Shown here: positions 10,705 to 20,237 of the stretch, piece after piece
Layout of the letters: each line of letters opens with the position of its first letter
Numbering within the stretch: position 1 is the stretch's first letter
Assembly (NCBI GenBank): GCA_964501435.1
Contig: CAZCTH010000001.1
Location: forward strand, 2,656 to 66,655
DNA length: 64,000 bases
Source: an uncultured Spirochaetales bacterium
GTDB lineage: Bacteria; Myxococcota_A; UBA9160; UBA6930
Reading direction: 5' to 3'
Notes under the pieces: model-generated
What the model saw: the letters and a program-made list of their open reading frames with translations, nothing else
Databases searched by the model: none
What the model was told of the DNA's origin: nothing
Made by a program: the position numbers and the translations under genes

Positions 10705-10942
10705 CCAGCGCACGCCCTGATTCGCCATTGGGGCCATCTCCCGGCGCGCGGCATGTGCCTCTAGCTGTCGCCATCCGCATCTTGGTGGACGGCGCAGTGG
10801 TCATGGTTGGCGCCTCTTGGCCATTCCGAGACCGCCAAGTCGATGCGAGAAGGGCGCGCCCAAGTCGCGTCCAAATACTCCTGTCGACGCTCCGTTGCGC
10901 CGTCTCTGATCAAGCCCGGGTAGACCCGGCTGGGCATGGGGA

Positions 10943-11965
10943 TTGCTCCGCCGGAAACCCGTGCGAGCCCCCCGTCCCGCAAGCCTCCAGGCGCAACGCG
11001 AACTCCGTCTGCGCGAAAAGCTCGAACGCGAGCTGGGCGCGGACGTGCGTGCTGCGCTCGGAGATCCCACGGTCGTTGAGGTCGTCCTCAATGCGGACGG
11101 CGAGCTGTGGGTTGAGCGCCTCGGGAAGGAGATCGAGCCGCTTTGCGCGAGGATGGAACGCGTCCAGGCAGAGTCCCTAATTGGCACGGTCGCCGCACTG
11201 CTCGATCGCGAGATTCATGACGAGCGGCCGATTCTCGAGGTCGAGCTGCCGTTCGATGGGAGCCGCTTCGAGGGCGTGATGCCTCCGATCTCTCGCGCGC
11301 CGATCTTCGCGATTCGGCGCCGGGCGGTGCGGGTGTTCACGCTCGACGAGTATGCGGGCGCCGGGACGGTCTCGCCGGAGCGCGCCACGCAGCTCCGCGA
11401 GGCGATCGAGCACCGCCACACAATTCTGATCTGCGGTGGCACTGGCTCTGGCAAGACGACGCTCGCGAACGCGCTGATCGCGGAGGCGGTTCGAGCAGCC
11501 GGCCCCGCCGAGCGCTTCCTGATTCTCGAAGACACGCTTGAGCTGCGCTGCAACGCGCCCAATCACGTGCAGCTACGCACTTCCGAGTTCGTCGATCTCG
11601 AGCGATTGGTGCGCGCGACGATGCGCCTGCGCCCGGATCGGATTGTTGTTGGGGAGGTCAGGGGGAGGGAGGCTCTTGCGCTCTTGAAGGCGTGGAACAC
11701 CGGTCATCCCGGGGGAGTGACGACCGTGCATGCCAACAGCGCGAGGGCAGCCCTCTCCCGCCTCGACCAACTGGTCCAGGAGGCGGGCGTGCCATCCCAG
11801 CCTCAGCTCATCGCGGACGCGATCGACTGGATCGTGTCGATCGCGCGCACGCCGAGTGGGCGGCGCGTGACGGAGATGGTTCGAGTGCGCGGGTGGATTC
11901 CGGGCTCCGGCTTCGATCTGGAGACGTTTGCCCGTGACAACTCAGACGAAGGAGATGAGAAGTGA
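10943..11965 (+). CDS. trbB: P-type conjugative transfer ATPase TrbB (VirB11 family)
   Basis: Walker A GGTGSGKTT, the VirB11-type core (LILEDTLEL, RLRPDRIVVGEVRG) and its position at the head of the trb operon. Start (TTG at 10943) is uncertain. Confidence 0.9.
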   Translation: MLRRKPVRAPRPASLQAQRELRLREKLERELGADVRAALGDPTVVEVVLNADGELWVERLGKEIEPLCARMERVQAESLIGTVAALLDREIHDERPILEVELPFDGSRFEGVMPPISRAPIFAIRRRAVRVFTLDEYAGAGTVSPERATQLREAIEHRHTILICGGTGSGKTTLANALIAEAVRAAGPAERFLILEDTLELRCNAPNHVQLRTSEFVDLERLVRATMRLRPDRIVVGEVRGREALALLKAWNTGHPGGVTTVHANSARAALSRLDQLVQEAGVPSQPQLIADAIDWIVSIARTPSGRRVTEMVRVRGWIPGSGFDLETFARDNSDEGDEK

Positions 11966-12285
11966 AGCGACATGAAACGTACGGCGCCGCGATCGGCCTC
12001 GCCGCCGCCTTGGTCGTCATCGGGCTCGCGACCGCGGCAAACGCGACACCTGCCGGGCCGACGATGCCCTGGGATCAGCCGCTCACGGTTCTCCTCAACA
12101 ACTTACAGGGGACCGTCGCGCGCATCCTCGTGACCGTGGCCGTGGTGATCACGGGGTTGCTCTTCGCGTTCGGCGAAGCGGGTGGCGCCTTCCGGCGCGT
12201 GTTTGGAATCGCGTTCGGCGCCGCGATCGCGCTGGGGTCGCTCTCCGTCCTCAGCAGCCTTGGCTTCGTTGGGGCGACGTTCTGA
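11962..12285 (+). CDS. trbC: TrbC/VirB2-family pilin
   Basis: 107 aa with a signal-like N-terminus and two hydrophobic helices. GTGA overlap with trbB. Confidence 0.8.
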   Translation: MKRHETYGAAIGLAAALVVIGLATAANATPAGPTMPWDQPLTVLLNNLQGTVARILVTVAVVITGLLFAFGEAGGAFRRVFGIAFGAAIALGSLSVLSSLGFVGATF

Positions 12286-12644
12286 TGTCGGGCGACGACG
12301 CGAAGCCCGACGCGCACATCGCTGCGGAGCCACGGCTGCTTCGGCTGCATACGTCGCTCACGCGGCCAGTGCTCTTCGCAGGAGCAGACCGCGGGCTCGC
12401 GCTTGCGAACGGCGTGATCGCGCTCGCGTTGGTCTTCGGGATCGGCCCGTCCTGGGCGACGATCGGCGTCGCCGGAATGCTGCTCGGCGTCGGCCACGTG
12501 AGCCTCGTGCTTCTCGCGAAGCGCGAGCCTGAGCTTCGAGCCCTTTACGTCCGGCACGTGCAGCACGCCCCGGTCTACCCGGCGGCTCCCGCAGAACTCC
12601 ACCGCTCTCCGCTCGTCCATCCAAGCGTTCCGGTCTCGGAGTAG
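12285..12644 (+). CDS. trbD: TrbD/VirB3-family protein
   Basis: 119 aa, hydrophobic. It sits between the pilin and VirB4 genes, and its start overlaps the trbC stop (TGATG). Confidence 0.8.
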   Translation: MSGDDAKPDAHIAAEPRLLRLHTSLTRPVLFAGADRGLALANGVIALALVFGIGPSWATIGVAGMLLGVGHVSLVLLAKREPELRALYVRHVQHAPVYPAAPAELHRSPLVHPSVPVSE

Positions 12645-12649
12645 GTCGA

Positions 12650-15073
12650 ATGCTTCGAGAGCACCGCACTCGCGCGCATGGGTTGCCGGACTTACTGAAC
12701 TTCGCGGCCCTCGTCGACGAAGGCGTCGTCCTCAACAAGGACGGATCGTTCCTCACCGCGTGGTGGTATGCCGGGCCCGACATGGAGTCCGCGAGCACGG
12801 TCGAGCTCGCCGCGCTCTCATCGCGCGTGAACGCGGCGCTGCTGAGGCTCGGCAACGGCTGGATGCTCCAATCGGACGCGATCCGCCGGCCGAGCGCTGG
12901 CTACGCGCCGCCCGGCGCATTCCCCGATGCAACGACGGCCGTAGTCGATGCGGAACGCCGCGCACAATACGAGAACGCCGGCGCCGGTTTCGAGAGCCTC
13001 TACGCACTCACCGCTGTTTGGCTTCCGCCGCGTGACGTGCAGGATCGCGTCGCGGGATGGTTCGTCGATGAGCCCGAGCGTAGAGTGGACGGATACGAGG
13101 GCGTGCTCCGCGCCTTCGTCCGAAGCGTCGAGGAGATCGAGGATGCACTTGCGGGCGCGCTGACGCTCGCACGCATGAACTCGGGCGATCTGCTCAGCTT
13201 CCTGCACTACTGCGTTACGACGGACCTGCAGGACATCCGCGTCCCCGGGACGCCGATGTATCTCGACGCGCTGCTCGGCTCCCGAGACCTCGTCGGCGGA
13301 TTCAAGCCGCGAGTCGGCACTCAGCGCCTCTGCGCGATCGCGCTGATCGGCTTCCCGGGTGAGACGTTTCCGCAGATCCTGAGCGGGCTCGGCCAGCTTT
13401 CGCTCTCGTTCCGATGGTCCAACCGGTTCGTGTCGCTGGACCCTGCAACTGCCGAGGCGCGCCTCAGGGTGATGCGTCGCAACTGGTTCCAGAAGCGCCA
13501 AGGGCTCTCGGGCTTGCTCAAGCAGGCCCTCTCGCTTGGCGAACCCACGTTTTCCAATCGCGATGCGGTCGCGATGGCGGAGGATGCGGACGAGGCGGTG
13601 CAGGAAGCCGCCTCGGGCGCAGTCCGCTTTGGGTACTTCACGAGTGTCGTGCTGCTCGCCGGCAGTGACGAGGCTGCGCTCGACGCAGCCGCGCGCCAGG
13701 TGCGGCGCCTCCTGCAGCACTGCGGATTTGCCTCGCGCGTCGAGGAAATGAACGCGCTCGAGGCGTACCTGGGGACGATCCCCGGACACGGGCACCGGAA
13801 CCTTCGGCGCCCGCTCGTGCACACGCTCAACTTCGCGGACCTGATCCCAACGACCAGCGTCTGGCCTGGTCTCGAAACAAACCCGAGCCCGCTTTTCGCC
13901 GCGCGTAGCCCCGCCTTGTTATACGCCCGCACCTCGGGCGCGACACCGTTTCGCCTGAACCTCCACGTCTCGGACGTCGGTCATACGCTCGTGATCGGCC
14001 CAACCGGTTCGGGCAAGACGACGCTGATCGGCCTCCTGATCGCCCAGTTCTTCCGCTACGCGGGCGCGCAGGTGTTCGCATTCGACAAGGGGCACGGCCT
14101 GGAGACGCTGGTGCGTGCCGCCACGGGCGATCACTACGACCTCGGCGGCGAGTCCTCCGAAGGCGGGCTCGCGTTGTGTCCGCTCAGCAACATCGATCGC
14201 CCAGGCGAGCGGCCGTGGGCCGCGGAATGGTTGGAGACGGTCGTGCGCCTTCAGGGGCTCACCGTTACGCCCGAGCATCGTCGCGCCGTTCAGATCGCGC
14301 TCGAGCGCCTCGCCGAGAGCCCCGCGCGTTCGCTCACGGACTTCGCGACTACCGTGCAGGACCGCGAGGTCCGCGCGGCGCTTAGGCACTACACGCTCGA
14401 GGGCGCACTGGGCGCACTCCTCGACGCGGAGCGCGACGGCCTCGGCACGGCCGCGTTCCAGGTCTTCGAGATGGAGCGACTCCTCAATCTCGGCGACGCG
14501 AACGCGACGCCGGTGCTCACTTGCCTCTTTCACCGGATCGAGGAGCGCCTCGACGGGCAACCCACGCTGATCGTGATCGAGGAGGCGTGGCTCGCGCTCG
14601 GGAACGTGCTCTTCGCCGAGAAGCTCGAGGAGTGGCTGCGCGTTCTGCGCAAGCGCAACGCGGCGGTCGTCTTCGTGAGCCAGAGCCTCGCCGAGGTGGT
14701 TGCGTCGCCGATGTGCGCCCTCTTGCTCGAGAGCTGCCCGACGAAGCTGTTGCTCCCAAACCCTGAAGCGCGGACGCCCCAGACGAGCTCCCTGTACCAG
14801 CGGATCGGGCTCACCAATCGGCAGATCGAGCTGATCGCGAGTGCAGTGCCGAAGCGCGAGTACTACTACGCGTCGCCGCTTGGGCGGCGCCTCATCGATC
14901 TCGGCCTCGGGCCGGTGGCGCTCTCGTTCGTCGGCGCCGCGAGCCCGGAAGAACTGCGCGAGGCGCGCGCTCTCCAGGTCGCGCACGGCACGGATTGGCC
15001 CGCAGCGTGGCTCAGCGCGCGCGGAGTCAGCGACTGGGCAGCTCTCTGGCAAGAACTCAAAGGAGAAACGTGA
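12650..15073 (+). CDS. trbE: TrbE/VirB4 conjugal transfer ATPase
   Basis: 807 aa with Walker A GPTGSGKTT and Walker B-like LIVIEEAW, in the synteny position of VirB4. Confidence 0.92.
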   Translation: MLREHRTRAHGLPDLLNFAALVDEGVVLNKDGSFLTAWWYAGPDMESASTVELAALSSRVNAALLRLGNGWMLQSDAIRRPSAGYAPPGAFPDATTAVVDAERRAQYENAGAGFESLYALTAVWLPPRDVQDRVAGWFVDEPERRVDGYEGVLRAFVRSVEEIEDALAGALTLARMNSGDLLSFLHYCVTTDLQDIRVPGTPMYLDALLGSRDLVGGFKPRVGTQRLCAIALIGFPGETFPQILSGLGQLSLSFRWSNRFVSLDPATAEARLRVMRRNWFQKRQGLSGLLKQALSLGEPTFSNRDAVAMAEDADEAVQEAASGAVRFGYFTSVVLLAGSDEAALDAAARQVRRLLQHCGFASRVEEMNALEAYLGTIPGHGHRNLRRPLVHTLNFADLIPTTSVWPGLETNPSPLFAARSPALLYARTSGATPFRLNLHVSDVGHTLVIGPTGSGKTTLIGLLIAQFFRYAGAQVFAFDKGHGLETLVRAATGDHYDLGGESSEGGLALCPLSNIDRPGERPWAAEWLETVVRLQGLTVTPEHRRAVQIALERLAESPARSLTDFATTVQDREVRAALRHYTLEGALGALLDAERDGLGTAAFQVFEMERLLNLGDANATPVLTCLFHRIEERLDGQPTLIVIEEAWLALGNVLFAEKLEEWLRVLRKRNAAVVFVSQSLAEVVASPMCALLLESCPTKLLLPNPEARTPQTSSLYQRIGLTNRQIELIASAVPKREYYYASPLGRRLIDLGLGPVALSFVGAASPEELREARALQVAHGTDWPAAWLSARGVSDWAALWQELKGET

Positions 15074-15852
15074 TGACGGCAATGAGCGACCGATTGCGAA
15101 GGATGACCTGCACGGTGGTAGTGGCGCTGGTGGCATTCACGGGACAGCCCGCGCGCGCCACCGGATTCCCGGTGATCGACATCAGCAACTTGGTTCAGAG
15201 CGTGCTTACCGTTGCGAAGCAGGCGCAGCAGGTGACGCAGGGGACGCGCAACCTCGCGCAGCAAGCGCAGCAGCTCCAGCACGAGATCGACATGCTGCGC
15301 GACATGGCGCGCAACACTGCGCCTGGAAAGACCGCCGCTTGGGGCGACGTGCAGGCCGTACTTGGGAGTCTCTCGCGAGTCCTCCAGATTGGACAGTCGA
15401 TTCCGTACACGCTCTCGAACGCCGCCTCGGCGTACCAGCAGCGCTTCCCCGGCTATACAAAGCCCAACAACTGGCAGGCCGAGTACAACGCCTGGTCGCG
15501 GACGGCGCTCGACACGCTGGCTGCGACGCTCGCCTCCGCAGGCGCCAACGTCGGCGACGCCGCGAGCGTCGAGAGCTCGCTGCAGACGTTGCGCTCGGCG
15601 AACGAATCTGCGCAGGGGCGACTCGAAGCGATCCAAGTGGGAACTCAGGTCGCGAGCCTTCAGGTCGCAGAGCTCACGAAGCTTCGCCAGCTCCTGGCCG
15701 TGCAGATCAACGCGCAGAACGCGTACCTCGGCGCGCAGGAAGCGAAGGAAGCTGGCGCCTTCGCGGCGTTCGATGCGTGGGTCGCCAGCGGACCGCGCTC
15801 GGCGCCGACAAGCCGCCCGGCGCAGGGCCTCGCGCGCGTGCCGCGGCCGTAG
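15073..15852 (+). CDS. trbJ: TrbJ (VirB5-like) conjugal transfer protein
   Basis: Start moved to the ATG at 15073 (TGATG overlap with trbE). Signal peptide, then GFPVIDISNLVQSVL and a coiled-coil, Q-rich body typical of TrbJ. Confidence 0.85.
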   Translation: MTAMSDRLRRMTCTVVVALVAFTGQPARATGFPVIDISNLVQSVLTVAKQAQQVTQGTRNLAQQAQQLQHEIDMLRDMARNTAPGKTAAWGDVQAVLGSLSRVLQIGQSIPYTLSNAASAYQQRFPGYTKPNNWQAEYNAWSRTALDTLAATLASAGANVGDAASVESSLQTLRSANESAQGRLEAIQVGTQVASLQVAELTKLRQLLAVQINAQNAYLGAQEAKEAGAFAAFDAWVASGPRSAPTSRPAQGLARVPRP

Positions 15853-15866
15853 TCCGAGCGATCGCG

Positions 15867-17024
15867 ATGACCACGATCCTCACCGACCTCGTGACGCAGT
15901 TCCAAGCCGCCACCTCCGGTTGGTTCCAGGCGTTGTTCCCGATCGCGCGGAACCTGTTCTTCACCCTGGCCGCGATCGAGCTCGTCTGGGCGGCGTCGTG
16001 GTGGGTCGTTGAGCGCGACGATCCAGCACAGATCCTGGTGCAGCTCCTCAAGCGAGTGATGGCGATCGGGTTCTTCCTCGCGGTGCTGACGTTTGCCGAC
16101 ACGTGGATCCCGGCTGTGATCGATGGTTTCTCGACCGCCGGCCAACAGGCATCCGGACTGCCCGAACTGAACCCGAGCACGGTGATCGATCAGGGAATCG
16201 CGATCGCGACGAGCCTTATCTCGAGCATCTCCGTTGCCGGATGGTTCACGTCGCCGATGGGCGGCCTGGTCGCCGCGTTCAGCGCGCTCGCCAGCTTCCT
16301 CGCATTCGTCGTGATCGCCGCGCAGCTCGCACTCGCGCTGATCGAGATGTACGTCGTCATCGGCGGTGGCGTGCTGCTGCTCGGCTTCGCGGGCTCACGC
16401 TGGACGATGCCGTTTGCCGAGCGGTACCTGAGCTACGCGGTCGCGGTCGGGATCAAGCTCTTCGTGCTCTACCTAATCGTGGGTGTCGGCACTGCGCTCG
16501 CGGCGTCCTGGAGCACGCTGATCGCCAACGCGGGCGCATCGTTCGCGGATCTCTTCGCGGTCGTCGGCGCCTCGCTCGTCTACATGATCGTGGCCTGGCA
16601 GATCCCCAGCTTCGCCTCGGCGCTGATCGCCGGCTCGGTGAACCTCACGCTCGGCACCGCCGCGTACACCGCGGCGTCGATGGGTGCGATCGCGCTCGGC
16701 GCGAAGGGGCTCGCCGTGCGCGCTGCCGCGGCCACCGCGGGCGCCACGACTGCGATGCTGGAAGCAGGCCGCTATGCGCGGGACGCGCGCGCTGTCGGCG
16801 CCGGGGGCGGGACGGGAGGCGCGATCGCCGGCGCGGGCGCACTCGCTCGAGAAACGCTTGCAACGCATGCGCGCCGCGCGATCGGCATGCGCGCGTCATC
16901 CACGGCGACCGCGATCGAAGAGGCTCGCGTGGCGCGCTTCGGCCCCGCGCTCATTGCGCAGCGCGCGGCGCGGCAAGAGAAGGGCGCACCGCGGCCGGCT
17001 GGCAATGAGGAGAATCGCTCGTGA
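15867..17024 (+). CDS. trbL: TrbL/VirB6 inner-membrane channel protein
   Basis: Start moved to the ATG at 15867 (MTTILTDLVTQFQAA...). Polytopic with an Ala/Gly-rich tail. The upstream 342 codons of the track ORF overlap trbE/trbJ in another frame and are Arg-rich noise. Confidence 0.85.
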   Translation: MTTILTDLVTQFQAATSGWFQALFPIARNLFFTLAAIELVWAASWWVVERDDPAQILVQLLKRVMAIGFFLAVLTFADTWIPAVIDGFSTAGQQASGLPELNPSTVIDQGIAIATSLISSISVAGWFTSPMGGLVAAFSALASFLAFVVIAAQLALALIEMYVVIGGGVLLLGFAGSRWTMPFAERYLSYAVAVGIKLFVLYLIVGVGTALAASWSTLIANAGASFADLFAVVGASLVYMIVAWQIPSFASALIAGSVNLTLGTAAYTAASMGAIALGAKGLAVRAAAATAGATTAMLEAGRYARDARAVGAGGGTGGAIAGAGALARETLATHARRAIGMRASSTATAIEEARVARFGPALIAQRAARQEKGAPRPAGNEENRS

Positions 17025-17677
17025 CAGCGCGCGCCCCGGAGAACCCGTACCTCGCCGCGCGGCTCGAGTGGAACGAGCGCTACCACGGCTTCCTGCGAGC
17101 GAAGCGCAACTGGCAGATCGTTGCGCTTTCGCTCGTCGCCGTGAACGCAGGGCTCGTCGGCGCGATGACGTGGCTCGCGACGCAGAGCCGCGTCGTACCC
17201 TACGTGGTCGAGGTCGATCGCCTCGGGCAGACGCTCGCCATCGGTCCCGCTGAACGCTCGCGTGCGGCCGATGCGGCGCTCATTCGATACCAGCTCATCG
17301 AGTTCATTCGGCGCTCGCGCTCCGTGATCTCGGACGGCGCCGCTGAGAAGCAGCTTCTCGAGTCGGCGTACACGCAGGCCGGCGGTGCGGCCGTGCGCTT
17401 CCTGAACGAGCACTTCCAGGAGCAAAGCCCGTTCGTCGTGATGCGCGAGCGAACGGTTGCCGTGCAGGTGACCAGCGTGCTGAGGCTTCCGGCGAGCGAC
17501 TCGTGGCAGATCCAGTGGATCGAGACGCATCGCGGGCTCGATGGCGCCGTGCTTGCGGCGGAGCGCTGGCAGGCGCTTCTGCGCGCCGAGGTGCGCGCGC
17601 CGGAGTCGCCCGACGAGCTGCTTCGTAATCCGCTCGGCCTCTACGTCACAGACATCCAGTGGACCCAACAGTTGTGA
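17021..17677 (+). CDS. trbF: TrbF/VirB8-family protein
   Basis: 218 aa with a single N-terminal TM helix and an NTF2-like periplasmic domain. GTGA overlap with trbL. Confidence 0.85.
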   Translation: MTARAPENPYLAARLEWNERYHGFLRAKRNWQIVALSLVAVNAGLVGAMTWLATQSRVVPYVVEVDRLGQTLAIGPAERSRAADAALIRYQLIEFIRRSRSVISDGAAEKQLLESAYTQAGGAAVRFLNEHFQEQSPFVVMRERTVAVQVTSVLRLPASDSWQIQWIETHRGLDGAVLAAERWQALLRAEVRAPESPDELLRNPLGLYVTDIQWTQQL

Positions 17678-17685
17678 GGAGACCC

Positions 17686-18630
17686 ATGCACCGACCGAAC
17701 GGCCTCGCGGCCGCCCTAGTCATAGAGGTGACAACCGCGCTTGCGGGATGCGTCGCGGCGCCGCCACGGGGGCCCGAAACACTGTCGCCAGCGACTCTCG
17801 CGGCCGCAGATGAACTCGCGCCGGCGGCGGACGCCTCTCCACCAGCAAGCACATCTGCATTCCTCGATCCGGCCGACCCGGAGCTCACCGAGGCCGTTCG
17901 CCGGTTCCAAGAGACCGGCAAGGCGCCCGTCATCCGAAGCCCCGGCTTCGTGCGGTTCCCATTCGGGGAGACGCAGCCAGTCCTCTACTGCAAGCCGCTT
18001 CGCGTGTGCGACGTGCAGCTCGAGCTGGGCGAGATCGTGATCGACGTGGCGCTCGGAGACTCGGATCGCTGGATGGCCTCGAAGCTCGAAAGCGGTCCCC
18101 CGGGCGCGCGCGTCGCGCACGTCCTCTTGAAGCCGACCGAGTTCGATGCCGCGACAAATCTCGTGATCACTACGGATCGCCGCGTGTACCACCTCGGCCT
18201 CGTCAGCACAGCGGGTGCGCAATCCGGCTACTTCCGCAGCGTCCGCTTCTACTACCCCAGCGAGACCATCCAGCGTTGGGCGTCATCGACTGGCGCCGCC
18301 ACGCGCGAGCGCGAACTCGCCGTGGCGTCGCTTCCGTCCGTGAGCCCCGAGGCGCTCCACTTCGGCTACCGCATCGCGGGCGAGCGCGTGCCCTGGCGTC
18401 CGATACAAGCCTTCGACGACGGCACGCGCGTTTTTCTCTTGATGCCTGACGCGATGCGGGCGAACGAGGCGCCCGCGCTCTTCGTGCAGTCCGAGGAAGA
18501 GGAGAATGCGCTCGTGAACTACCGCGTGCGCGGTCGCTACTACGTCGTGGATCGCCTGTTCGCGAAGGCGGTGCTCGCGCTCGGCGTCGGCCGCAATCAG
18601 CAGCGCGTGACGATCACGCGGATTCCGTAA
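17686..18630 (+). CDS. trbG: TrbG/VirB9-family protein
   Basis: ATG at 17686 is preceded by GAGGAG. Lipobox-like LAGC. The C-terminal beta-rich VirB9-like region includes NYRVRGRYYVVDRLF. Confidence 0.85.
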   Translation: MHRPNGLAAALVIEVTTALAGCVAAPPRGPETLSPATLAAADELAPAADASPPASTSAFLDPADPELTEAVRRFQETGKAPVIRSPGFVRFPFGETQPVLYCKPLRVCDVQLELGEIVIDVALGDSDRWMASKLESGPPGARVAHVLLKPTEFDAATNLVITTDRRVYHLGLVSTAGAQSGYFRSVRFYYPSETIQRWASSTGAATRERELAVASLPSVSPEALHFGYRIAGERVPWRPIQAFDDGTRVFLLMPDAMRANEAPALFVQSEEEENALVNYRVRGRYYVVDRLFAKAVLALGVGRNQQRVTITRIP

Positions 18631-18644
18631 CAAGCGAGGCCATC

Positions 18645-19916
18645 GTGTCTGATCCCAACGACGATGTTCGAAGACCGCCAGCCGATCCGATCGACCTCAA
18701 TTCCGAGCCGCGCGTGACGCGCCTGAATCGCAGAGCAATCGGCGTACTTGCCGCGGCGCTCTGCGCGGCCCTCCTCGCCGCAGTATTCACGCTGTCGCAG
18801 CGAAGCCAGCAAGCGGAGCAACGCACGAAGGAGAGCAGCCGCCCGAGCGCGACGCCGGATCGATTCTGGGAGGATGCACCCGACGGCACACCGGGGCTGC
18901 TCGCGCCGCCCGAACCGGTGCCGGAGCTCGTCGAGCGCGAGACGCCTTTCTTCGAGGCCGGCGATTCAGGGTTCCAGAACGCCAGCGAGGCGATGAGTCC
19001 GGAGGAGCAGATCCTCGAGCGCGCGCGTCGCTCGCCGATCGTCGTGTACGAAGGGAAGGAAGCAGAGGCGACAGTCGCCGGGGGATGGGCCGCGTCACGG
19101 CTGGCGGGCGAGCCGGGCTCGCCGCCGAGAGACGGGATCGCCGAGACGTCGTTGGGCGCGATCGCCAACCTCGGCGCCCCCGAAGATCCTGTCGTCGCCC
19201 AGAACCTTCAGCACGAGAAGCGCGACTTTCTCGACGACGCTGGCCAATCGCAAGAAGAGACGATCGCTCATCGAGTCCGCACCCCGTCGTCGCCCTACGC
19301 CGTGCTCGCGGGAGCAGTCATCCCCGCGGTCCTCGTAACCGAAGCGCGCTCCGATCTGCCGGGGCAGGTGATCGCTCAGGTGCGCGAGTCCGTCTTCGAC
19401 ACGCCGACCGGCGCGCACCTCCTGATTCCACAGGGCACGCGGGCAATCGGAGAGTACGACAGCGTCGTTGCGTTCGGGCAGGAGCGCGTACTCGTCGCGT
19501 GGCAGCGCTTGCTCTTCCCCGACGGATCGAGCCTCACCTTGGGAGCGATGCCAGGCACCGACGCTGCTGGCGCCGCGGGGCTACACGATCGCGTCGACCG
19601 ACATTTGCTTCGGACGTTCGGCAGCGCGGCGCTCCTCAGTGCGATCAGCGCCGGCGCGCAGCTCTCTCAAGGAACGTTCGGTAGTGGCGCGGGCAGTAAT
19701 GCGCCGACCGACGCGCGCGAGATCCTGGCCGCCGCGCTCGGCCAGAACCTCGCCGAGCTCGGCACCGAGATGACGCGACGCAACCTAAGCGTTCAGCCTG
19801 CCCTCGAGATCCGAGCCGGGTACCGCTTCAACATTGCGGTTGTGAAGGACCTCGTGTTGCCTGGGCCGTACGCGGACGATCTCGCGCTCACCGCGCCATC
19901 AGGAGGACCACGATGA
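18645..19916 (+). CDS. trbI: TrbI/VirB10-family protein
   Basis: 423 aa with an N-terminal TM helix, a Pro-rich linker and the conserved C-terminal VirB10 domain (ATLVTEARSDLPGQVIAQV...LEIRAGYRFNIAV). Confidence 0.9.
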   Translation: MSDPNDDVRRPPADPIDLNSEPRVTRLNRRAIGVLAAALCAALLAAVFTLSQRSQQAEQRTKESSRPSATPDRFWEDAPDGTPGLLAPPEPVPELVERETPFFEAGDSGFQNASEAMSPEEQILERARRSPIVVYEGKEAEATVAGGWAASRLAGEPGSPPRDGIAETSLGAIANLGAPEDPVVAQNLQHEKRDFLDDAGQSQEETIAHRVRTPSSPYAVLAGAVIPAVLVTEARSDLPGQVIAQVRESVFDTPTGAHLLIPQGTRAIGEYDSVVAFGQERVLVAWQRLLFPDGSSLTLGAMPGTDAAGAAGLHDRVDRHLLRTFGSAALLSAISAGAQLSQGTFGSGAGSNAPTDAREILAAALGQNLAELGTEMTRRNLSVQPALEIRAGYRFNIAVVKDLVLPGPYADDLALTAPSGGPR

Positions 19917-20146
19917 AGCTCCACCGCCGCAAACCCGAGGAGCCGCCTGTCGAGATTCGCATCACCGTTCCTGCTGAGACGGTCGCCGAGTTGAAGGCGT
20001 ACGGGCAGTACTACGAAGCGACCTACTCGGACGCGATTGCGCTTCCGGTGCTGATCGTCGAGATCGTCCAGCAATACCTAACCCGCGAGCGGGGCTTTCG
20101 CAGCTGGGTCCGCACGGTCGGGGCAAGCCAGCGCGCGGTCGAGTGA
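19913..20146 (+). CDS. DUF2274-family small protein (typical last gene of Trb-type ICE transfer operons)
   Basis: 77 aa with an ATGA overlap with trbI. The sequence KLHRRKPEEPPVEIRITVPAETVAELKAYGQYY fits my recollection of DUF2274. Confidence 0.65.
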   Translation: MKLHRRKPEEPPVEIRITVPAETVAELKAYGQYYEATYSDAIALPVLIVEIVQQYLTRERGFRSWVRTVGASQRAVE

Positions 20147-20148
20147 GA

Positions 20149-20174
20149 GTCGGGGACGGCGACACGACCCCGAC
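20149..20174 (+). terminator. GC-rich hairpin immediately after the trb operon (no U-tract)
   Basis: GTCGGGG (20149-20155) pairs with CCCCGAC (20168-20174) across a 12-nt loop. It begins 3 nt after the DUF2274 stop codon. Confidence 0.35.
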
Positions 20175-20202
20175 CGCACGGTTCCTAAACCGCGTGTCGT
20201 CA

Positions 20203-20226
20203 GTTCGACTCCGGCCGGGGGCGCCA
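20203..20226 (+). other. tRNA 3'-end-like fragment; candidate att-site remnant
   Basis: Covers the T-loop, 3' T-stem, 3' acceptor strand, discriminator and CCA. Reads GTTCGACT-CCGGC-CGGGGGC-G-CCA. No matching 5' acceptor strand (GCCCCCG), D-arm or anticodon arm could be folded upstream. Confidence 0.4.
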
Positions 20227-20237
20227 ATAATCAACGC

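Noticed and set aside
10705-10942. Inverted-repeat pair between the two proposed inversion junctions (10.7-10.94 kb and 28.1-28.4 kb)
   Set aside because: Only weak, short similarities appear by eye (for example GTCGATGCGA against GTCGATTCGATGCA, and CCATT-containing stretches). This is not enough to claim recombination sites and needs a proper alignment.
14841-15866. 342-codon N-terminal extension of the TrbL ORF
   Set aside because: It overlaps the 3' end of trbE and all of trbJ in another frame. The translation is Arg-rich, and the TrbL-like sequence starts at ATG 15867.
20151-20226. A complete 76-nt tRNA gene ending at the CCA of 20224-20226
   Set aside because: The required 5' acceptor strand (GCCCCCG) is absent. 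The 5' T-stem has an A-C mismatch, and no anticodon stem can be formed around TTCCTAA. Only the 3' portion looks tRNA-like.
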